Under the pieces are notes generated by a model. That model was not told the DNA's origin. It made no database searches and was given only the letters and a program-made list of their open reading frames with translations. A program made the position numbers and the translations under genes. This document shows, one piece after another, positions 57,656-64,000 of a stretch of DNA of 64,000 nt. Position 1 is the first letter of the stretch. Every line of letters begins with the position of its first letter. This DNA comes from a candidate division TM6 bacterium GW2011_GWF2_28_16 (GTDB taxonomy: Bacteria; Patescibacteriota; Microgenomatia; UBA1400; PJMF01): positions 3,407 through 67,406 of the forward strand of contig CP011212.1 in assembly GCA_001029715.1 (NCBI GenBank), in the 5' to 3' direction.

Positions 57656-59212
57656 ATGTCAGAGCAAAACTATGATTCTGAAACAGTTAAACAAGTCTGG
57701 CAAATGACTAAAGTGGATTTAGAAGCCAGCTTGAGTCCTGCATTCTTTAACACCTGGATTGTTCCCAGTCCTCTCACCTCAATTAAAATTGAGGATGATC
57801 AAAAAGCAATTGCTACTATTAGTTGCATGACCGCTTTCCACGTCACCAATTTAAAAACAAACCTATATTCACAAATTAAGTCTGCTTTAGAGAAATACAT
57901 CAATAAGCCACTGGAAATAGAGTTTTTAGTTACTGACTTGAGACAGAATGGACAAAGAGAGACTGAAAAAAAAGCCATTCAAAGCCAAGAAACAACCCAA
58001 CAAAATAATTATGAAAAAATAAATACAAGAAATTACGGAGAAATAAAAAGCAGTCTAATCAACAACAAGGGTTTTTCAGCCGACCAAAACACTAGACAAT
58101 CCCCAACTGTTGAAGAGCTTTTTTCTCAAGCGAATATTAACAATAACACTTTCGATCGATTGAAAGTCCGTGCTCAACAAATTGGCCTGCGCCAAGATTA
58201 TACTTTCGAGAGCTTTGCTGTTTCATCTAGCAATGAAATGGCTCACGCCGCCGCAACAGCTGTGGCTAATAACCCAGGAACAAGCTACAACCCATTATTT
58301 CTTTATGGTGGAGTTGGAGTTGGCAAAACCCACCTTATTCACGCAGTTGCTCACCACGTTTTAGAAAACAATCCTGAGGCGGAAATTATCTATGCCTCTG
58401 GAGAACAGTTTACTAATGAGATTGTTAAAGCTATTAAAACCCACAACACACTACAATTAAAAAATAAATATCGCAAAACCAATCTCTTACTTTTAGATGA
58501 CATTCAATTTATTGCTGGTAAAAACTCCGTTCAAGAAGAGTTTTTCCATACTTTCAATGCGCTTACCTCTATTAACTCTCAAATTATTCTCACTTCTGAT
58601 CGTCCTCCTCAGGAGATAAGTCTTCTGGAAGATCGTTTAAGGTCTCGTTTTGAGGCTGGATTGATGATTGATATTCAGCAGCCTACTTTTGAACTTAGAA
58701 CAGCTATTTTTCTTTTAAAAGCTCAGGCAAGTAAATTAGACATTCCCATCGATTTGGCGCAAAAAATTGCCTCACAAGTTGACAGTGCCAGAAGAATTGA
58801 GGGTATTATTAAAAAAATCAGATCAGCAGTTGAACTCCAAAATTTAAGCATAGACTCAGCTTTAATAGATAAGATTCTCCAAACCGAGGTTCGTCAAAAT
58901 CAGCAAAAGATAATCAAGGCAAAGCCTCAAGATATTATCAAAACTGTAGCTAATCACTATAGAATGAAACAGAGTGCTGTCCGCGGAAAAAGGCGCAGTA
59001 AAGAACTGGTGAAAGCCAGACACATTGCTATGTATCTTTTAAGAAACGAGCTTCAGATTTCTCTCGAGGAAATTGGGCAATGGTTTTCTGGTAGAGATCA
59101 TAGTAGTGTAATTCACGCTGTTAAAAAAATAGAACAAGATTTAATTGTCGATCATGGTGTTCAGCAAGATGTTTCGGCAATGAAAATGTCTTTAATTGCT
59201 ATCTCAAATTAA
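57656..59212 (+). CDS. dnaA: Chromosomal replication initiator DnaA
   Basis: YNPLFLYGGVGVGKTHL, LDDIQF, QEEFFHTFN, RLRSRF, GRDHSSVIHA. Confidence 0.98.
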   Translation: MSEQNYDSETVKQVWQMTKVDLEASLSPAFFNTWIVPSPLTSIKIEDDQKAIATISCMTAFHVTNLKTNLYSQIKSALEKYINKPLEIEFLVTDLRQNGQRETEKKAIQSQETTQQNNYEKINTRNYGEIKSSLINNKGFSADQNTRQSPTVEELFSQANINNNTFDRLKVRAQQIGLRQDYTFESFAVSSSNEMAHAAATAVANNPGTSYNPLFLYGGVGVGKTHLIHAVAHHVLENNPEAEIIYASGEQFTNEIVKAIKTHNTLQLKNKYRKTNLLLLDDIQFIAGKNSVQEEFFHTFNALTSINSQIILTSDRPPQEISLLEDRLRSRFEAGLMIDIQQPTFELRTAIFLLKAQASKLDIPIDLAQKIASQVDSARRIEGIIKKIRSAVELQNLSIDSALIDKILQTEVRQNQQKIIKAKPQDIIKTVANHYRMKQSAVRGKRRSKELVKARHIAMYLLRNELQISLEEIGQWFSGRDHSSVIHAVKKIEQDLIVDHGVQQDVSAMKMSLIAISN

Positions 59213-59520
59213 TTGATATATCATTTAAAAATTAATTTTTATTCTAGAATATTAAAGGTTTTTCAACATTTGTGGAAAAATCAGTGGAAAAAGAGTTGAA
59301 ACGTTGTTAACAAAAATATAAAAAACTTATAGGATTGTGTAAAAGCTCGGGAGTTTTTAAACAAAGATTCACAGGCTTCAACAAAATAACTAACAAAATA
59401 AGCCATTTTTTAAACTAGAAATCGATTGTGTAAACCAGATGAAAAACCTCGAAAATATTAACTTATACACAGGCCCTACTACTACAACTACTAAGTATAT
59501 ATAATTAAATAAAAGAAATT
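59213..59520. other. Replication origin oriC (dnaA-dnaN intergenic)
   Basis: Consensus DnaA boxes at 59271-79, 59336-44 and 59463-71; one-mismatch boxes at 59260, 59283 and 59427; GGCC, CTA trios and an AT-rich tract at 59472-59520. Confidence 0.9.
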
Positions 59521-60630
59521 ATGAAACTAAATGTTTTACAAGAAAATCTAAAAAACTCACTAAATTATTTGCAAAAGGTAATTCCTAGTAAACCTCAAAT
59601 CGCTGTGCTCTCTTCCATTCTTTTGCAAGTTAAAGAAAACAAGTTAACTCTTTCAGCTACTGATTTATATTTAGGAATAAAAACAGAGCTAATAGTAGAA
59701 ACAGAAGAAGATGGAGAATTAATTGTTTCTGGAGAACTATTTAAAAGTTTAATAAATTCTTTAGAAAGCGGCAAACTTACTCTAGAGTTAAAGGAAAATA
59801 ATTTAATAATCACTCAAGGAAGAACGGTTAGCAAACTTTCTTGCCAAAATAGCGATGAATTTCCAAATTTTCCAATTGTTGAGGGCGATGCTTTCACTCT
59901 AAGTCTTAATGATTTAGAAAAAATCCAAAGCCTAGTTGGTTTTTGTGCTAGCTCTGATCAAAGTAGACCAGTACTAACAGCGATTTTATTAAAATTTAAA
60001 CAGGATGGCTTAGAAGTTATTGCAACCGACGGCTTTCGTTTAAGTAATCTTTTATTAAAAGATATTGGTTCTAAGCAGGAAAAGACGATCCTGATTCCAG
60101 CTAAGGCTTTAAATGAGCTATATAGGATCGCTAAACAAATTGAAGTAGAAAATGTTGATTTATTGGTTTCTGACGAACTTAAACAATTGCTATTTAAAAT
60201 CAGTGGCGTAGAAATGTATGTTCGATTAATTGAAGGAGACTATCCTCCTTATGAGAAAATTATTCCCCCTAGTTTTATTTTAAGCATTGAGTTTGATGGT
60301 GAAGAATTTCTAACTCAACTGAAAAGAGCGGCTATTTTCTCAAGAGATGCTTCTAATATTGTTAAGATTAAAGTTGAAAAAGATAAAATGCTTGTTACTT
60401 CTCAATCCCCTTCTTTTGGTGATTACTCTGGGGAGATTAATATTAATAATTCATCTGCTGAGGTTGGAGAAATTGCATTTAATGTTAACTACTTAATTGA
60501 TTTTATTAATGCAGTAAAACCAGAGTTCTTAGAATTCGGAATGAATGAAAGCTTAAAACCAGCGATTTTTAGAGATAAAAAAACCAAAGATTATTTTTAT
60601 ATAGCAATGCCTTTTAGAGTGAATAATTAG
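59521..60630 (+). CDS. dnaN: DNA polymerase III beta clamp
   Basis: SATDL, RPVLTA, ATDGFRL, RLIEGDYPPY, AMP; position downstream of dnaA. Confidence 0.97.
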   Translation: MKLNVLQENLKNSLNYLQKVIPSKPQIAVLSSILLQVKENKLTLSATDLYLGIKTELIVETEEDGELIVSGELFKSLINSLESGKLTLELKENNLIITQGRTVSKLSCQNSDEFPNFPIVEGDAFTLSLNDLEKIQSLVGFCASSDQSRPVLTAILLKFKQDGLEVIATDGFRLSNLLLKDIGSKQEKTILIPAKALNELYRIAKQIEVENVDLLVSDELKQLLFKISGVEMYVRLIEGDYPPYEKIIPPSFILSIEFDGEEFLTQLKRAAIFSRDASNIVKIKVEKDKMLVTSQSPSFGDYSGEININNSSAEVGEIAFNVNYLIDFINAVKPEFLEFGMNESLKPAIFRDKKTKDYFYIAMPFRVNN

Positions 60631-60669
60631 CCTGTAAACAGATTGTTTTTATGATATAATCTCTAACTT

Positions 60670-60816
60670 ATGAAAAGAACATGGAATCCTAAAAAGAAAA
60701 AAAGAATGAGAATGCATGGTTTCTTAAAAAGAATGCGTACTCTAACTGGTCAAATTGTCATCAAGCGTCGCCGAGCTAAGGGTCGTAAAAAACTAGCTGT
60801 TGCCAAACACTGGTAA
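60670..60816 (+). CDS. rpmH: 50S ribosomal protein L34 (absent from the ORF track)
   Basis: Manual translation [48 protein letters not shown]. Confidence 0.97.
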   Translation: MKRTWNPKKKKRMRMHGFLKRMRTLTGQIVIKRRRAKGRKKLAVAKHW

Positions 60817-60828
60817 AATTTATATTAA

Positions 60829-61176
60829 ATGTTATCTAAAAAAAATCGCCTAAATCTTTCTCTAGAGGAAAATTCTTCTATTTTTATGAAGGACTCTTCT
60901 CAAATTTTTGTTTCAGATTTTTTTATTGCTTATTTGAGAAGAAATGAAACTTTTTTACAAGCTTCTTGTCTTACTCCAAAAGCAGCAATTAATAAAGCAG
61001 CTCATCGTAATTATATTCGTCGTTTTATGTATTCTTTACTTGAGGAAAATATTTTAAATAATGAAATTTCAATTTTTGATAAAATCGATTTAGTTATAGT
61101 TTTAAAGAGAAGATTTCCAAATGATAAATCTCTTTTGAAAAAAGACTTTGTTTCTTTAATTAAAAAAATAAAATGA
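60829..61176 (+). CDS. rnpA: Ribonuclease P protein component (divergent)
   Basis: MLSKKNRL, KAAHRNYIRR RNR-like motif; synteny between rpmH and yidD. Confidence 0.85.
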   Translation: MLSKKNRLNLSLEENSSIFMKDSSQIFVSDFFIAYLRRNETFLQASCLTPKAAINKAAHRNYIRRFMYSLLEENILNNEISIFDKIDLVIVLKRRFPNDKSLLKKDFVSLIKKIK

Positions 61177-61358
61177 AAAACCTTTACGGCTATTTAAGAG
61201 AATTTAAACATCAATTATTTATTTCTTTATTTGGTTATTCTCCATCGTGCAGGCAAGAACCAAGTTGTAGCGCCTATACAACTGCGCAAATTAAAAAAAA
61301 TGGTACAATTGTCGGATTAGTACAAGGTTTGTGGCGAGTTTTAAATTGCCGTCATTAA
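61173..61358 (+). CDS. yidD: Membrane protein insertion efficiency factor
   Basis: CRQEPSCSAY..G...G...GLWRVLNC; synteny. Confidence 0.85.
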   Translation: MKNLYGYLREFKHQLFISLFGYSPSCRQEPSCSAYTTAQIKKNGTIVGLVQGLWRVLNCRH

Positions 61359-61376
61359 AATAATAGGACAAAACAA

Positions 61377-62336
61377 ATGGGCATTTTTATCAACTTTTTT
61401 TCTTCAATATTAATTTATTTAGATTCGATTTTCGGTAGCATTGGTATAACAATTATTGTTTTTACAGTTTTAATACGGTTGGTCTTATTACCTCTAACTC
61501 TTCCAAGTATCAAGTCTGGCAAGAAAATTCAAGAACTACAGCCAGAATTAAAGAAGCTGAAGGAAAAACATAAAGGCGATAAACAAGCTATGGCTTTAGC
61601 CCAAGCTCAACTTTATAAAAGTTATAATGTTAATCCTCTAGCAGGATGTTTACCTCAGTTGCTTCAATTTTTCTTTTTAATTGTTTTGTATCAAAGCATT
61701 ATTAAACTTTTTAATAGTCCAGATAATACATTTAATCTGAGCTTTTTATGGACAAATTTAGGCTCTCCAGATAAAACCTATTTATTTCCAATAATTGCAG
61801 GTGTGAGTCAATTTTTATTATCACTAATGATCTCTCCAGCCACTCAGACCAAAGATGCTGTTCCCAACGATTCTAAGTTGAAGAAAGTCCAGGACGCTAA
61901 TAAAAAAGAAGAAGATGTAGCCGAGATGGCTGCCACAATGCAACAGCAGATGATCTTTCTCATGCCAGTAATGACAGCGGTAATTGCTCTAAAGTTACCT
62001 TCAGGCTTAGCTCTTTATTGGATTGCAGGTACAATAGTTACCATGGTTACTCAGTATTTTGTTTCTGGATGGGGTGGTCTAGCTATTTACTGGAATAAAT
62101 ATGTAGCTAGTGCGGGTCCCCTAAAAGGTAAATATATGCCTACTTCGAGTGGAAAATCTCTTACTGAAATTCCAAAGAAAATTAACCTTAAAAAAGCAAG
62201 TATTTTCCAAAAACCATCAAAAAGCGGAGATTTAGCCAGTGTTTTAAAAAATCTTGATGGTGGAACCGCTCCTATAAAACCAAGAAATAAAAAGGCAACA
62301 AAAGCTAAAAAAACAAAAAATAGAAAGAAGAAATGA
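61377..62336 (+). CDS. yidC: Membrane protein insertase YidC/Oxa1 (short form)
   Basis: GITIIVFTVLIRLVLLPL, LQPE, NPLAGCLP, LPSGLALYW; basic C-tail. Confidence 0.95.
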   Translation: MGIFINFFSSILIYLDSIFGSIGITIIVFTVLIRLVLLPLTLPSIKSGKKIQELQPELKKLKEKHKGDKQAMALAQAQLYKSYNVNPLAGCLPQLLQFFFLIVLYQSIIKLFNSPDNTFNLSFLWTNLGSPDKTYLFPIIAGVSQFLLSLMISPATQTKDAVPNDSKLKKVQDANKKEEDVAEMAATMQQQMIFLMPVMTAVIALKLPSGLALYWIAGTIVTMVTQYFVSGWGGLAIYWNKYVASAGPLKGKYMPTSSGKSLTEIPKKINLKKASIFQKPSKSGDLASVLKNLDGGTAPIKPRNKKATKAKKTKNRKKK

Positions 62337-62791
62337 AAATACAAGAATATTTGGAAAAATTAATTAAACATTTGGGAGTAGAAGATGACTTTGAGATTGT
62401 TTTAGAAGAAACAGACGATCGTTTGAAAATTGCCATAACCGTTCCTTCTTCAGACGTCGCTCTTCTAATTGGTAATCATGGTGAGACATTGGAGGCTCTT
62501 GAGCTTTTAACAAAATTATCTTTTAAAGATGATTTTGTGGGCAAAAGAATAATGTTAGATGTTAACGAATATCGCGCAGCTCTAGAAAATAGGCTAAAAG
62601 AAAAAGCAATAAGTATGGCTCAATTAGTTTTAGAAACTAAAGAAGCTCAAGAAATGTACGGCTTAAACTCTTACGAGCGCTTTTTGGTTCATAGTGTTTT
62701 AGCGGAAGATGAATCTCTTAGCGGAATTGAGAGTGTTTCTGAAGACAGAGATGAAGAGCGAGTTTTAGTTATTAAACTCAAGGAAGCTTAA
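62333..62791 (+). CDS. jag: Jag/EloR (KH + R3H) RNA-binding protein
   Basis: LLIGNHGETLEAL, LDVNEYR, ERFLVH. Confidence 0.9.
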   Translation: MKIQEYLEKLIKHLGVEDDFEIVLEETDDRLKIAITVPSSDVALLIGNHGETLEALELLTKLSFKDDFVGKRIMLDVNEYRAALENRLKEKAISMAQLVLETKEAQEMYGLNSYERFLVHSVLAEDESLSGIESVSEDRDEERVLVIKLKEA

Positions 62792-62824
62792 TTTTCCAGA
62801 GGTTGCGTTAATAAAGCGGTAAAT

Positions 62825-63247
62825 ATGCAGGAAAAAATCATAGTTTTCACCGATGGTGGTTCAAGAGGCAATCCTGGTCCAGCAGGCATTGGTGTTTATA
62901 TTACGGATGGTTCCGGTCAAGAAATCTATAGAGAACATAAATTTCTAGGCATAAAAACCAACAACGAATCAGAATATCTGGCTTTAAATTTAGCCTTAAA
63001 TTATCTAAAAAAAGAATTAAAAAAACCAACTGCTTTGGTTTTTAAATTAGATTCAAAACTAGTAGTTGAGCAAATGAATAAGAATTGGCAAATTAAAGAA
63101 GATCGTTTGCGCGCTTTAGCAGAGAAAAACTGGAAACTTTTAAGCTCACTTCCCCATTCTACTTGTGAAATTAAACATATCCCTAGGGCTGAAAATAAAG
63201 TTGCTGATATGTTGGCTAATCAAGCCATGGATGTGGCTCAAATTTAA
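62825..63247 (+). CDS. rnhA: Ribonuclease HI family protein
   Basis: TDGGSRGNPGPAG, TNNESEY, DSKLVVEQM, PRAEN..AD.LAN. Confidence 0.93.
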   Translation: MQEKIIVFTDGGSRGNPGPAGIGVYITDGSGQEIYREHKFLGIKTNNESEYLALNLALNYLKKELKKPTALVFKLDSKLVVEQMNKNWQIKEDRLRALAEKNWKLLSSLPHSTCEIKHIPRAENKVADMLANQAMDVAQI

Positions 63248-63290
63248 TAGGTTTTGTTCGCCTCTCTTTTTTGTTCTAGAATGGTTTTAA

Positions 63291-64000
63291 ATGTTCTATT
63301 CTTTAGAAGACGATAAGCCAGTTATTTTACTCCTTTCTGAGCCTGGTCTTTTAATTCCAAATTTAATTTTGGAGTTTTTTAAGTCGAGTTCTTTAGATGC
63401 TGAATTGATTAATTTAGATCAGGATTTTTTTCTAAAATATGAGCAAATTGCTAAACGAAAAAAACGAATTTATAAAATAATCTTTATTTATGGTTTCAAG
63501 TCTAATTCTAGAGAAATATATGAGAGAACTTTTGAGTTTTTCGATTTACTGAGTGAGAATCAAAAAGAAAAGATTCCTCTAGTTCTAATCTCTTCCATTA
63601 GCAGCTCTTTAGAGATTCTTGAAGACTTCAATTCTTCATATCTAAATTTTTTAAAGAATCAACAGTCTTTTCTGGAGAATTTTTCATCAAGATTTAAAGA
63701 AAGCCTAATCTTTTTAGGCCAAGATATTCTGCTTGATTCAAAAAAAATTGATTATCCCCTACTCTTATTTTTTTCCGCAGTGAAACAGAATTATTTATTT
63801 GATTTACAAAATAAGCTCTATCTTCAAGATGAGGTGAGTTTCTTTGATTTAATTAAAGAATATTTAATTAAGCCACATAACCAGGCTAAGTTTATAATAA
63901 AAGGTCGTGCTATTTCTTCTGATTGGTTGGTTAAAAAAATAAGCTATCTCTATGAGCAATATTTTCAAAAAAAGCTTGCGGTGGTTAAATTAATTGCTAC
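63291..64000 (+). CDS. Hypothetical protein, 3'-truncated by the window end
   Basis: Manual translation from ATG 63291 (MFYSLEDDKPVILLLSEPG...) stays open to 64000; TAGAAT 8 nt upstream. Confidence 0.7.
   Translation, partial: MFYSLEDDKPVILLLSEPGLLIPNLILEFFKSSSLDAELINLDQDFFLKYEQIAKRKKRIYKIIFIYGFKSNSREIYERTFEFFDLLSENQKEKIPLVLISSISSSLEILEDFNSSYLNFLKNQQSFLENFSSRFKESLIFLGQDILLDSKKIDYPLLLFFSAVKQNYLFDLQNKLYLQDEVSFFDLIKEYLIKPHNQAKFIIKGRAISSDWLVKKISYLYEQYFQKKLAVVKLIA

Noticed and set aside
1-64000. Alternative genetic code (UGA=Gly) or CGC reassignment
   Set aside because: Long genes are intact under code 11, TGA ends rnpA and yidC at ATGA overlaps, and CGC encodes conserved Arg residues.

Overview
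AT-rich bacterial chromosome segment using the standard code 11. Gene content and style suggest Patescibacteria/CPR, probably Microgenomates (inference). From left to right: two giant modular surface proteins (over 2300 aa, truncated at the window start, and about 3200 aa); three type IV pilin/GspG-like genes opposite an O-antigen-ligase/TPR protein; a rho-LysM/M23-obgE operon; a structured 630-bp intergenic region; a VirD4-like coupling protein; radA, yvcK, an orphan solute-binding protein, and VanW and SpoIID envelope genes; a reduced T4SS-like cluster (two VirB2-type pilins, lysozyme-like, VirB6-like, M23, PrgI, TraC-like, VirB4); and dnaA-oriC-dnaN-rpmH-rnpA-yidD-yidC-jag-rnhA. The most unusual signal is at about 34985-35177. 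It is a 69-nt tRNA-like gene with alanine identity (G3.U70, A73), a GCG anticodon and tRNA-Pyl-like arm geometry. It is followed by a predicted ~65-nt RNA with its own promoter and terminator, whose 5' end can form 18 contiguous pairs with that anticodon arm. All family assignments come from motif recognition by eye; no searches or folding computations were run.
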